64,000 bases of DNA from Halorutilales archaeon Cl-col2-1 (GTDB taxonomy: Archaea > Halobacteriota > Halobacteria > Halobacteriales > Afararchaeaceae), in the NCBI GenBank assembly GCA_041891055.1, contig CP169074.1, positions 1,024,001 to 1,088,000 of the forward strand. Direction: 5' to 3'. The position numbers and the translations under genes are program-made. Positions within the stretch are counted from its first letter, which is position 1. Every line of letters starts with the position of its first letter. Positions 1-10,168 of this stretch are shown here, piece after piece. Under the pieces are notes generated by a model. It was given only the letters and a program-made list of their open reading frames with translations. It had not been told where the DNA came from and ran no database searches.

Positions 1-474
1 CAGACCCTCTTAGAAGACGGAGAGAGAATAGACTCTCATGTCGTCGACGGATGGTGGAAAGACACCGGAAAGCCCGAAGACATACTCGAAGCAAACCGTC
101 TTGTACTCGACGAACAGCTTGGTTCGACAGATGGCACTATAGAAGAAGAAGCAGAAGCCGTCGGATATATCGACCTCCACGAATCAGCGGTTATAGAAGA
201 CGGTGCGGTGATCCGTGGACCCGTCTCTATCGACGCAAATACGACCATAAAAGAAGGAGCCTACATAGGACCTTATACATCGATAGGAGCTAACTCCACC
301 GTAGAGAACGCACATATAGAAAACACAGTGATAGTCGGAGACTCAGACATAACCACGAGCGGTAAGATCGTCGACAGTCTGATAGGACGCGGCGCAGACA
401 TAGAGAGCGCGGAAGACCTGTTACCCGAGGGTCGACGTCTCGTGGTTGGTGAAAACTCAAACCTCAAGCTCTAA
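1..474 (+). CDS. rfbA: Glucose-1-phosphate thymidylyltransferase (long form), 5'-truncated by window edge
   Basis: Frame 1 is open from base 1: ...DGWWKDTGKPEDILEANR, then a hexapeptide-like C-terminus (GPVSIDANTTIKEGAYIGPYTSIG); lies next to rfbD/rfbB. Confidence 0.88.
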   Translation, partial: QTLLEDGERIDSHVVDGWWKDTGKPEDILEANRLVLDEQLGSTDGTIEEEAEAVGYIDLHESAVIEDGAVIRGPVSIDANTTIKEGAYIGPYTSIGANSTVENAHIENTVIVGDSDITTSGKIVDSLIGRGADIESAEDLLPEGRRLVVGENSNLKL

Positions 475-489
475 ACACCGAAACAAAAT

Positions 490-669
490 ATGAAGATAAT
501 AACCCATACCTGTCCGAGCTGTGGTACAATAGTAGCCGCAAACGAACTCGAAGAAAGACGTGTAATGAAATGCCCCGGTCTCGGCTGTGACGAAGTCCTT
601 CGTTTTGAGGATCTACCGGAGAAAGACAGAAAACATTTTCTCGAAAACAAAGAGAAATACGAGATCTGA
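490..669 (+). CDS. Small CPxCG zinc-finger protein (59 aa; not in ORF track)
   Basis: Manual translation MKIITHTCPSCGTIVAANELEERRVMKCPGLGCDEVLRFEDLPEKDRKHFLENKEKYEI*; two Cys pairs typical of haloarchaeal small Zn fingers. Confidence 0.75.
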   Translation: MKIITHTCPSCGTIVAANELEERRVMKCPGLGCDEVLRFEDLPEKDRKHFLENKEKYEI

Positions 670-671
670 TA

Positions 672-1556
672 TTATAGCCACTCAGCGACTGCTTCTATAT
701 CCTCCTCAAGAGAAGGTTGCTTACGTTCTAACTCATTCTCTAGCTTACTAACATCGAGACAAGTGTATCTCGGACGTTCGGCTTCACGGTTTATATCCGA
801 CAAACTGCTTTCTTCAAGAATATCCTCGGAAGCGTCCATCTGTTGTCTTAGGATCTCTCCAAACTCGTAAGGTGTCACACACGATTTGCTCGCAACGTGA
901 TACAGACCTTTCTTGTTGTTTTCGATGAGTTCAAGCAGAACATCAGCGACCTGTCCAGCCCTGCTTGGAGTAATATGCTGGTCAGTAAAGAGAGGAGTCT
1001 CTTCTCCGGATCTTATTCGTTCACTGACCCACGCCGGAAAGCCTTCTAACTCATCCTTACTTCTGTGGACACCATATACGAATGAGAGACGAAGAGCAAG
1101 AGAGCCCGGCTTCTCCATCACGGCTTTTTCGCCTTCAAGCTTTGACTCTCCGTATACTTGTATTGGATTGGTACTGTCCCTCTCCGAGTATTTCGACTCG
1201 TTCTCCCCATCAAACACGTAGTCAGTCGAGATATGGACGAAATCAGACTCACCTTCGCAGACAGAAGCTATCTTCTCTGGTGCTTCTGAGTTAACTTCAA
1301 ACGCTCTCTCTGGGTCTCTTTCACAGCCGTCTACATCAGTCATAGCTGCGCAGTTTATGACAACGTCAGGGTCTATCTCATTAAAAATCGAGGAAAAACT
1401 GTCTATGTCAGTTATATCAAGTTGGTAAAACTCTCCCGTCTCGAAACCCGGCTTCTCTGAGTGATATGTGCCAGCCATCTCGTGACTGCGTTTAAGACCT
1501 GCTGTAACTACGTTACTGCCAAGCAGTCCATTCGATCCCAGAACGAGAATCCTCAT
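672..1556 (-). CDS. rfbD: dTDP-4-dehydrorhamnose reductase
   Basis: GSNGLLG Rossmann motif, NCAAMTDVDGCE, HISTDYVFDG, YGESK. Confidence 0.93.
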   Translation of the reverse strand: MRILVLGSNGLLGSNVVTAGLKRSHEMAGTYHSEKPGFETGEFYQLDITDIDSFSSIFNEIDPDVVINCAAMTDVDGCERDPERAFEVNSEAPEKIASVCEGESDFVHISTDYVFDGENESKYSERDSTNPIQVYGESKLEGEKAVMEKPGSLALRLSFVYGVHRSKDELEGFPAWVSERIRSGEETPLFTDQHITPSRAGQVADVLLELIENNKKGLYHVASKSCVTPYEFGEILRQQMDASEDILEESSLSDINREAERPRYTCLDVSKLENELERKQPSLEEDIEAVAEWL

Positions 1557-1613
1557 ACTATATTCACAAATATCAATAGTAAGCTAAATCAGTACTGGTA
1601 ATTAGGTAAGAAT

Positions 1614-2540
1614 ATGCGAGTACTCGTTACGGGAGGCGCGGGTTTCATAGGATCGAACTTTGTTCATTATCTCCTGAAAGAGACAGAGGACACAGAGGTA
1701 GTCAGCTTAGATGCTCTGACTTACGCTGGTGACAAACAGAAGTTAGAGGGAGTATTAGACCATCCCAGACACGAATTTGTAGAAGGAGATATACGTGACA
1801 GAGAGTTGATTGATGATCTAATAGAAGACGTCGACGCAGTCGTCAATTTCGCGGCTGAGTCCCACGTCGACAGATCGATAGATACTGCAGAGCCGTTTGT
1901 CTCTACCAATGTACAGGGAGTCCAGACACTACTCGATGCCGCGAGAAACACCGAATTAGACGCATTCATACAGATATCTACTGACGAGGTATACGGTGAG
2001 ATCACCGAAGGTAAGTTTGATGAAGAAGATGAACTCAATCCCAGAAACCCCTACGCAGCGACCAAAGCGAGTGCAGATCTTCTCGCTGAGAGTTATTATA
2101 TAACCCACGACGTACCTGTTATCATTACGAGATCAATAAACAACTTCGGACCGAGACAGAACGAGGAGAAGCTGATACCCAAGTTCATAACTAAAGCCTC
2201 GAAAGGAGAGAGTCTACCTCTGTATGGAGACGGTACAAACGTGAGAGAGTGGCTCTATGTCGAAGACAACTGTAGCGCGATAGAAACTGTTCTGAGAAAA
2301 GGAGAAGTTGGAGAGGTATACAATATCGGTGGCGGTGAAGAACTCCAGAACAGAGAAGTTACAGAAAGGCTACTTGACGAAGTCGGTGCATCCGAAGATC
2401 TCATAGAGTACGTCGAGGATCGCAAAGGACACGACCAGCGTTATGCTCTGGATTCGTCTAAAATATACGAGTTAGGCTGGGAGCCACAGTGGTCATTTGA
2501 AGAAGGTCTGAAAGAGACTGTAGAGTATTGTTTGAAATAG
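1614..2540 (+). CDS. rfbB: dTDP-glucose 4,6-dehydratase
   Basis: GGAGFIG, DALTYAG, AAESHVDRSI, STDEVYG, YAATK, DRKGHDQRY. Confidence 0.95.
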   Translation: MRVLVTGGAGFIGSNFVHYLLKETEDTEVVSLDALTYAGDKQKLEGVLDHPRHEFVEGDIRDRELIDDLIEDVDAVVNFAAESHVDRSIDTAEPFVSTNVQGVQTLLDAARNTELDAFIQISTDEVYGEITEGKFDEEDELNPRNPYAATKASADLLAESYYITHDVPVIITRSINNFGPRQNEEKLIPKFITKASKGESLPLYGDGTNVREWLYVEDNCSAIETVLRKGEVGEVYNIGGGEELQNREVTERLLDEVGASEDLIEYVEDRKGHDQRYALDSSKIYELGWEPQWSFEEGLKETVEYCLK

Positions 2541-3008
2541 AGTCACTCGCAACAGGCACTCCCGTAGTCTCCACGGATATCGGTTCGACCGAAGAGATCT
2601 TAGGAGACTCTGGTGTTACGGTAGAGCCAGACGTCGACAGGTTAGGCGAGGCAGTTCACTCGGCAATGAAAGATCACTCATCTTAGATATTGACGACCAG
2701 TAATTGAACCTTCGATACAATAACAAGATTAGAATTCAGGCTACATAGGTAGAGATCTCCCGCCTTATAAATACGAATTCAGTTTTTTCTAGAGATTCCG
2801 AGACCAAGTCTGTCTCAAATCACATCCTACAGAACCGGTAGCTTCTCGTCCCCTATGATTCGTGACAGACCTTCAAGACGCTATAGGGCGTCGCGGACGA
2901 AGAGACAAGGCATGTGCTCGGGAGCAGGCACGACAGAAATGTGTCGAGCAGTATAGCCACGATGGGGTTGCGCCGAGACTGGCTGATGTTGTGGAATCAG
3001 TTCGGTGA
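2537..3008 (+). pseudogene. Decayed GT4-family glycosyltransferase C-terminal fragments
   Basis: 2537-2686 reads IESLATGTPVVSTDIGSTEEILGDSGVTVEPDVDRLGEAV (GT4 EAxAxGxPVVxTD motif); 2871-3008 reads LQDAIGR...AREQARQKCVEQYSHDGVAPRLADVVESVR*. Confidence 0.65.
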
Positions 3009-3078
3009 TTTTGGGGAGGGGATTACCGTAGTTTTGGTGGAGTGATCTTTCGGCCAGGTCTTCACTGTATTTTTCGAG

Positions 3079-4503
3079 TTATCGGTAGCCCAATTCCTCT
3101 AATCGATTCTCAACACTCTTGCTTAGCTCTTCCTTGTCACTGTGCATAGCGACGTCATTATCCTGTAGATTATTAAAAGTGGATCTAATTTTTAGATCAG
3201 AGTCGCCTACCCTATATGAATATTGGGCATTCTCGGACAAAATTGTGGCTGTGCTATCTTTCCAGAGAATGTCTTTAATCACGGTATCCCCAGACGTACG
3301 GTAGATAGCTTTCGCTTCGCCTGTGAAGTTACTAAATCGATCCCCACAGAATTTTTTAGCATTCTGTAACATTCCTGCTCGCTGGTCAACTCCCGGCCCA
3401 ACTGAGATAGTGGGGCCTTCTGGTGTGAAATCAGTAGGTTCCCAATCGTTCTGAACGACTGAATTAATAACATCCGGGATTTTCGTCAAGCTTGTCACTT
3501 GTTCAATAGAATGCGCTGAATCTTGTCCAGGGTATTTGACGATCAACGGAACATGAACCATAACTTCGTGTATCCCTTGAGAATGAGTTGCAACTCTCTC
3601 ACCATTTCGAATCCGACTTTCTTCTCCGAAACCCTCACCATGGTCTCCTGTAAATATTATTAGGGTATCGTCGTACTCGCCCCTTTTTTGAAGCGCTTCA
3701 ATAAGCATCTTGAAATTGGCGTCAACCTGGCGGATCGTATTATTGTATAATGCCTCGAGGCTGGCCCGTTGCCACCATGGTCGCCTACCACCTACAAAAT
3801 CCCAAAGCATTTCGTCGATTTCTTGCTGTAGTGCTCTTGTTTCAGAACTGCCCCACAAGCGGTACTCTGATTGCGCATAATATGGAGCATGTGTATCCAT
3901 CAAATTCAGGAATCCAGCCCAGGGGCCAGTTTGGTTTTCTTGCCAGTCCAAGAATTCCTTCACAAAATATTTCGATTCAGGGTATCTATTACGTGGCAAG
4001 TAATTAATCTGTGAATACGTCCCATTAAGCAACGAGCGGAACGGCTTTCCAGAACTGATAGCATCTTTCGCAAATCCAAGGTATTCCGGATGCCCATCTG
4101 GGTTGGCATAGTCTGTAGGATTTAATCCCATCGGGAAGCGCGGAATATGAGACTTTAGGAACTTCTCGTCAAAGCCATGTGTTAATCCAATCGGCCGATC
4201 AACAAAGAATGGATTACTTGTGAAAACGGCAGTAGAATGCCCCCGTTCCTGCAGTTCTTCCCAGATCGTGTGTCCCGGTTTGAGAGTATACTCGTCAGAA
4301 ACTATGCCATGTTCCGGGACGTGATATCCAGTGAACATACTAACATGGCTCGTTATGCTGTCTGTGCCTGGTGATCTAGCTTGTAGATACGTTGTTGCTT
4401 CTTTGGACCAGGAATCAAGGAAAGGTGTTGTATTATTTGGGTACCCATGATATCCGATGTTCCGTGCTCTCAACGAGTCTGCAACGACTACGAGTACATT
4501 CAT
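3079..4503 (-). CDS. Sulfatase-like hydrolase/transferase (alkaline phosphatase superfamily)
   Basis: NVLVVVADSLRA, NLMDTHAPY, FTGDHGEGFGE, C-terminal RLEELGY. Confidence 0.85.
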   Translation of the reverse strand: MNVLVVVADSLRARNIGYHGYPNNTTPFLDSWSKEATTYLQARSPGTDSITSHVSMFTGYHVPEHGIVSDEYTLKPGHTIWEELQERGHSTAVFTSNPFFVDRPIGLTHGFDEKFLKSHIPRFPMGLNPTDYANPDGHPEYLGFAKDAISSGKPFRSLLNGTYSQINYLPRNRYPESKYFVKEFLDWQENQTGPWAGFLNLMDTHAPYYAQSEYRLWGSSETRALQQEIDEMLWDFVGGRRPWWQRASLEALYNNTIRQVDANFKMLIEALQKRGEYDDTLIIFTGDHGEGFGEESRIRNGERVATHSQGIHEVMVHVPLIVKYPGQDSAHSIEQVTSLTKIPDVINSVVQNDWEPTDFTPEGPTISVGPGVDQRAGMLQNAKKFCGDRFSNFTGEAKAIYRTSGDTVIKDILWKDSTATILSENAQYSYRVGDSDLKIRSTFNNLQDNDVAMHSDKEELSKSVENRLEELGYR

Positions 4504-6167
4504 TTTTGTCTGCTTAATCGGTTGTGGAGAGACTTGCTTAAGTCATAGTACTTTGATCCAACAATATTTACTATAGCTTTTCCAATAAACTTACCTCTGC
4601 TAGTATATTCGCCATTTGAATAGGTACGATAGAGAATTTGTAGTCGTTCGGAGAAAGAAAAACTACTATGCTTTTTTATTACTTGTGAGAGGAGTTTAGC
4701 ATTTGGATTAAAGTCTTTTCTCCGGAAACTTGCATATTCATTCATATTTATATTTTCGATTCCATAGGTTTGTTCTGGTATTTTCTGATTATATTCCCAT
4801 TTATCTGGATCCCTTAATAATTCACGAATGTTTCTCTTGACAACCTCTGGATCGTATGTTTTCTGAAAATGCTTCTTAAGCACATTCCCGGCTTTAGCCC
4901 TATCATTAGAGTTATTTATAAATTTACTTGCATAATTGACTATGTCGTTATGTGTTTCGGCTATGAATCCATATTCACTAGGAAGAAACGTAGGTGCTGA
5001 TAAAAATGGGAATCGAAGTTGCTTCGCCACGATTGGGAGTCCGAAGGCCATCGCCTCAATGCTGACCATCCCACCACCTACCGGAAAAGTCTGAATGAGA
5101 AAGTCAGACTCAGTATATATTTTTGAGAGATTGTCAAGCGGTCCAATTGGGTGGAATCGCGTCTGAGACGTATCTGATAGATACCTGTCCTCAAGATCAG
5201 TTTCGTGATGATTCGAAACAAACACATGATGATGGTCTTCGTTTTCACTTAGGATTTTATCAACAGCCTCTAAGTAGGGCGATTGACCATTGTTTTTGAT
5301 TTTATGAAAACTCCCTATAGACACTGAAACAGATTTATTATCAGGTATCTGCGGGAATTTTCCATAAACTTCACTCAGATGAATGTTAGTTGTCAAGGGT
5401 ATAATTCCAGATGGTTGTAAAGATCTATACGTTTTTGATAGTTGATATCCCGATTTTCGAAATTCTATAAAGTGATCGATAGACGGATGGGCAAGCCAAA
5501 AGGTATGGTCAGCATGATTATAAAATATAAACTCGCAGTCAGGATAGTCTCGAGCCAATGATGAAATTGCAACTACGTCGTTTGGATGGATAAATAGAAG
5601 AACTCGATCAGGCTCAATCGCGTCTATGTAATCAACTAGTTTCTGAACACGAGTAGTATATCGATCTTTAGGAGACAGTTCAATGCGTCTATCAAGTAAA
5701 CCGTTTAGATTTTTTCGCAACGAGTCATATTCTGAGGGTGTATTATTAGAATTTGTTAATATTAGATTAAGGGATTCTACAAAGCTATCCTTAGATGTGT
5801 AGGTTGCCCACTTTTCAAGCAATTCTGAATGGCCACCTTGATCATGCAATGAACTAGCAATAAATAGTATCGTGGAAGAGCAATCACTCGCCTGGTAGTC
5901 CGGCGAAACCTGTGGAAGTAATTCTGTACCAATATTATCAAGTAAAGCCTCAATATCATGGTCACGCCACATAAAATTATTTGACCACGCCAGTGAAGAT
6001 GCAATATAGAGATAATCCAATGCTTTCTCATAGTTTCCTAAACCTATTTCTTGCTCTGATTTTGATTTTAAATCATCATATAATACCTCATCCTCTTCTA
6101 CTGACTTTGACTTTTGAAGTTTTTTCATGTAGAAATTAGTTATTTTAATTAGTTTTCCAAACTCCAC
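4500..6167 (-). CDS. Glycosyltransferase (GT-B/GT4-like), AT-rich
   Basis: GGHSELL, NHADHTFW, TFPVGGGMVSIEAMAFGLPIV. Confidence 0.75.
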   Translation of the reverse strand: MEFGKLIKITNFYMKKLQKSKSVEEDEVLYDDLKSKSEQEIGLGNYEKALDYLYIASSLAWSNNFMWRDHDIEALLDNIGTELLPQVSPDYQASDCSSTILFIASSLHDQGGHSELLEKWATYTSKDSFVESLNLILTNSNNTPSEYDSLRKNLNGLLDRRIELSPKDRYTTRVQKLVDYIDAIEPDRVLLFIHPNDVVAISSLARDYPDCEFIFYNHADHTFWLAHPSIDHFIEFRKSGYQLSKTYRSLQPSGIIPLTTNIHLSEVYGKFPQIPDNKSVSVSIGSFHKIKNNGQSPYLEAVDKILSENEDHHHVFVSNHHETDLEDRYLSDTSQTRFHPIGPLDNLSKIYTESDFLIQTFPVGGGMVSIEAMAFGLPIVAKQLRFPFLSAPTFLPSEYGFIAETHNDIVNYASKFINNSNDRAKAGNVLKKHFQKTYDPEVVKRNIRELLRDPDKWEYNQKIPEQTYGIENINMNEYASFRRKDFNPNAKLLSQVIKKHSSFSFSERLQILYRTYSNGEYTSRGKFIGKAIVNIVGSKYYDLSKSLHNRLSRQK

Positions 6168-7087
6168 TCGAAAAAGTCGTGTACAACAGGGCGTGCCCCA
6201 AAGGATTCTTTGTAATAGATGAGACCTTCGTTCAATTCAGATCCGGCTTGTTCTGTCGAAATTCCGAAATCAATGTACCTCTTATGGTTAAGATGTTCGT
6301 TTATCAGCTGATCGAACAGGTAGTCCGTCGCCCGTACGTCCCTTCCTTGGTCTGTTCCTGCAATATACTGGGTGCGAGCAGTGACATCACTCTCATAAAC
6401 AACGACGCCACTTACGATATCCCCATTAAGGAACGCACCAAACAACCGAATATTATCAGGAAATCGGTTGTGTAAGAGGCGTATCTCTTCTAGTGAGTGA
6501 ACTGGTTCGGTGTCATGTCTTTCCTGCAGATTGTCTATAAGGATATTCCAATATGATTTGTAGTCAGTGGTTTCTTTAACTTTAACGCCTGCGTCTACTG
6601 CTGAATCAATCGACCGTGAACGACTGTCCTTATATGAGGGCCCCCTCTCAAGATCAATTGCGGAGCTGACGTCTCGACGATAGAGTTCTGCATTCTTTCT
6701 AAATAATGCGTATCGATCACCTTCGGATGGAATATCATGATAAATAGTTGGGATCGCCTTATATTGTATTTTATTTATATTGGTATTAATGAGATATTCT
6801 TCCAAGGCCTGGAAAGCATCCATCGTCTTGTTAGTCGTCAATTTCTCGGAACCAATGAGTCCTCCAAACGTAAGGCCAGCATGGGAAACAAGAGTATTTG
6901 TTTCTTGATTCGCAGGGAAGACGGCAATCGGACTGCCTTTGTAATGTATCAGGAGTGAGTGATCGTTAAAACGGTCAGAGTGGTATTCCATATAGTCCCG
7001 TTTGAACATAAATGTACCGTTTGTTGACTCTTCGACAAGAGAATCCCAGTCCGACTTGAGATCGGGGGAATATTCGATTACTTCCAT
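6149..7087 (-). CDS. GNAT/FemAB-like acyltransferase, probably acting on an amino sugar
   Basis: WDSLVEESTNGTFMFKRDYMEYHSDRF, SHAGLTFGG, DFGISTE...NEGLIYYKESFGA. Confidence 0.8.
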   Translation of the reverse strand: MEVIEYSPDLKSDWDSLVEESTNGTFMFKRDYMEYHSDRFNDHSLLIHYKGSPIAVFPANQETNTLVSHAGLTFGGLIGSEKLTTNKTMDAFQALEEYLINTNINKIQYKAIPTIYHDIPSEGDRYALFRKNAELYRRDVSSAIDLERGPSYKDSRSRSIDSAVDAGVKVKETTDYKSYWNILIDNLQERHDTEPVHSLEEIRLLHNRFPDNIRLFGAFLNGDIVSGVVVYESDVTARTQYIAGTDQGRDVRATDYLFDQLINEHLNHKRYIDFGISTEQAGSELNEGLIYYKESFGARPVVHDFFEWSLEN

Positions 7088-7089
7088 CG

Positions 7090-8358
7090 TTACAGGTACC
7101 CTAGGTCATCCAGACGATCCTGTACCGATTCAGAAACAGTCTCGCCCGTTTGTGCCCACTGATCATCTTCTTCGAGCAATTCAGACAATTCACCGAATAA
7201 TTCGTCTGCTTTCTCCAGTTCATCGTCAATCAAATTCCTGCTCTCAGCTGGATCTTGGGCAATGTGGTATAATTCAACCGGCTCCAGTTGTTCATTTGCA
7301 GTACATATAAGTTTCCAGTCGTCAGTCCGGAGAGAAACCAGCGAATCAAGATCAGACCAGCCAAACTCGTATCGATCGTTCATATCGCGAGCGAATTTAT
7401 TTTCTTTGGTCAACTGACCGTGATACGTCTCAGAGTAAGCGCGGTCACTCGACTCGTTTGCCAAGAGTGAGTGGCCATCCACATCCGGAATCTCGAGATC
7501 GAGCGCATCTAGGAGGGTCGGGACAATATCGATGCTGCGAACTTGCTTGTGGACTGTTTTATCGGAAAATGCATCACCATCTAAAATCAATGGAACCCTG
7601 ACTGTATTGTCGTAGACATCAGCTCCTCGAAAGTGAGATCCGACTCGATCCCCCTCTTGATTGTATACCCAAGGGTAGCCATGTTCGTATGGCATTTTCG
7701 ATCCATGATCTCCGGTAATAACGAATGTGTCGATTTCAATTAGATCATCCAACAGTTCAAGTTGTCGCCCGATCTCATCAGCCTCGTCATAGTACCGTTG
7801 CTGTTGACGACCAATATACTGTTCAACGTTTTCGTATACATGCTGGTCGTCAAAGTCAGGCGGATCACGTTTCCCGAACTCCGACCGGAATGTAAAGTGA
7901 AGATCAAAAAAGTGAAGGAATACGAAATTATCTTCTCCTTGGTGATCCTTCAGCCAATCCACAGCACGATTTACGAGGATATTTGCGGGTCCAAATTCTT
8001 GCCGACCCTCCCATTCGTCCGTAATTGTGTTCACATCATCATACAAATCGAACCCCTTACTTATATTCCCAGTCGGCAATGGAAAACCACCAATGAACGC
8101 AGCAGTGTTGAATCCGTTCTCGCTTAATATTTCCTGTAGTAGTTGAGAGTTCGTTTCATAATTAACTAGCCATCGGACACCATGGTTGAATGGATAAAGT
8201 CCACTCAGCATTGATGTATGTGATGGACTTGTGAATGAGGCTTGAGTGATACAGGTATCATAATAACTGCCTATAGCTTGTTTTTTCTCAAAAAACCGAT
8301 GGCGTAGAGCGTCAACCCTCACGCAGTCGATCGAAGCTAAGACTATGTTCACGGGCAT
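7090..8358 (-). CDS. Sulfatase-like hydrolase/transferase
   Basis: NIVLASIDCVRVD, ASFTSPSHTSMLSG, ITGDHG, RSIDIVPTLLD, RLDDLGYL; ATG at 8358 chosen as start. Confidence 0.85.
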   Translation of the reverse strand: MPVNIVLASIDCVRVDALRHRFFEKKQAIGSYYDTCITQASFTSPSHTSMLSGLYPFNHGVRWLVNYETNSQLLQEILSENGFNTAAFIGGFPLPTGNISKGFDLYDDVNTITDEWEGRQEFGPANILVNRAVDWLKDHQGEDNFVFLHFFDLHFTFRSEFGKRDPPDFDDQHVYENVEQYIGRQQQRYYDEADEIGRQLELLDDLIEIDTFVITGDHGSKMPYEHGYPWVYNQEGDRVGSHFRGADVYDNTVRVPLILDGDAFSDKTVHKQVRSIDIVPTLLDALDLEIPDVDGHSLLANESSDRAYSETYHGQLTKENKFARDMNDRYEFGWSDLDSLVSLRTDDWKLICTANEQLEPVELYHIAQDPAESRNLIDDELEKADELFGELSELLEEDDQWAQTGETVSESVQDRLDDLGYL

Positions 8359-8535
8359 ATTTGTTAACCAACTCCTATTAATGCTTACTATCGAACCAGC
8401 CACAGTATGACTTTATTTTGCCAGGTTTTAAATTACTAATTATATTTTAGATATGGCAGAAAGGATTGACCAGAAATCCCACTTTACCATTCAACTGATT
8501 AGAACACCACTCTATTCAAATCTATACTCCAAGTC

Positions 8536-8964
8536 CTATGTATTATTCACAAATTTATCATAATCTCTAATATAATCATCTTCGTCATAGTACTCCGAAG
8601 CAAGCACTAGACAAACAGACCCTGATGAGAAATTTTCCAGCTCACGCCAGGTCATCGTAGGAATATAGACTCCGTAGTACGATCGATTCAGATGAATGCG
8701 CTCGGTCTCGGAGCCGTCATCCAGAATTAGGTCAAAGCTTCCGTTCGCGGCTATCATGAACTGCTCTAATTCCTTGTGAGCATGTCCACCTCTGGATTCC
8801 CCACCTGGAACGTCGTAAAGGTAGTAAACTCGTTTGATATCGAACGGAATATGCTGCGATTGCTCAATGAAAGTGAGATTTCCTCGCTCATCATTGATTT
8901 TCGGTAGATCGATGCGTGTTCCGATAGAAAGTTCCTCAGTGACTTCTTCGTCCGATGACACCAT
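8536..8964 (-). CDS. fdtA: FdtA/QdtA (WxcM-like) sugar 3,4-ketoisomerase, cupin
   Basis: DERGNLTFIE, KRVYYLYDVP, RGGHAHK, VCLVLASEYYDEDDYIRDY. Confidence 0.88.
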   Translation of the reverse strand: MVSSDEEVTEELSIGTRIDLPKINDERGNLTFIEQSQHIPFDIKRVYYLYDVPGGESRGGHAHKELEQFMIAANGSFDLILDDGSETERIHLNRSYYGVYIPTMTWRELENFSSGSVCLVLASEYYDEDDYIRDYDKFVNNT

Positions 8965-9102
8965 TACTTCACGGGATTGTTTGGCTATCACTTAGTAGTT
9001 TTCTTGACTGATCTCTCCTCTGTTCTACTGGACCGGTTCACAAGTTAAACAAGAACAGCTAAGTGATTGTTGTTTGCAATATTGGTAATAAAGATCCAGC
9101 AT

Positions 9103-10118
9103 ATGGCAGAGAAAATCCTCGATAGAATATTCCAACGCCCTTTTCATTCCCTCAAAAAAGCACCTTCCCTTCTCTGGAGCCGTTCTCTCAGACATAACGT
9201 CGCGAGGCAACTCAACAAGACCTGGCATACGAAAAACGGACGTCACGAGTACAATCCGGAAGGGGTCGACATTTTCGAAGAGGACTGGGATAACCTCGTC
9301 ATTCTCGACGCCTGTCGGTTTGATTTCTTTGCGAAAGCCTACCGGGAGCACGACCTTCCTGGAAAGTTGGAGTCACGAATCTCTCGAGGGTCACAGACTC
9401 CCGAGTGGCTGTGGGCAAATTTCGCTGATAGAACGCTACACGACACAGTCTACATTTCAGCTAGCTTTATGCCGTATCATATCGGTATTGAGAGATTTGA
9501 CGATCCGACTCCATTCCAGGAAAGATACTCATTTGATTTAGATGTATTTGATCTCGTAAGACTTAGAGAGGATTTAGCCGACGAAGTGCTGGAAACCTAT
9601 GATGAGCGCCTGACAAATACTGTTCTTCCAGCAGAAGCAACTGTCAATGGAGCCATCGAAGCTGCAAAAGAATATCCCAACAAGCGACTCATAATCCATA
9701 TTATCCAACCGCATAAACCGTATCTCGGTTCGGTAAGCAGATTCATCAGCAGTCATCTCACCCGTGGCGAGATACATATTTGGGTAAACAGTCGTTTTCG
9801 CAAGAAACGATGACCGAGGCGTATTGGGAAAATGTCGATAGAGCCGTCTCAGCGACGAAAGAGCTCATTCCAGAATTAGAAGGAAAAACCGTTGTTTCAG
9901 CGGATCACGGTGAATTGCTGCACGACCGCTCGTCTCCGATTCCAATCATGGAATACATGCATCCAGATAGAACATATGTGTCAGAGCTCGTGAAAGTACC
10001 ATGGCTGGTGATTGACTCTGATGACCGGAAATCAATTCAGTCGGAGTCGCCCACAGAACTCCCTCAATCCGATGAATCCATATCACAGGATCAGTTGGAA
10101 GCACTTGGATATCTTTAA
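9103..10118 (+). pseudogene. Frameshifted alkaline-phosphatase-superfamily (sulfatase-like) protein
   Basis: ORF 9103-9813 (DWDNLVILDACRFD...SQTPEWL...IIQPHKPYLG) and overlapping ORF 9780-10118 (SADHGE...LVKVPW...QLEALGYL) are the N- and C-halves of one family. Confidence 0.75.
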
Positions 10119-10168
10119 ACTCTGTTCTTAGTGAGAGAATCCAGACACACCTACGGAGGGTTAGCTAT

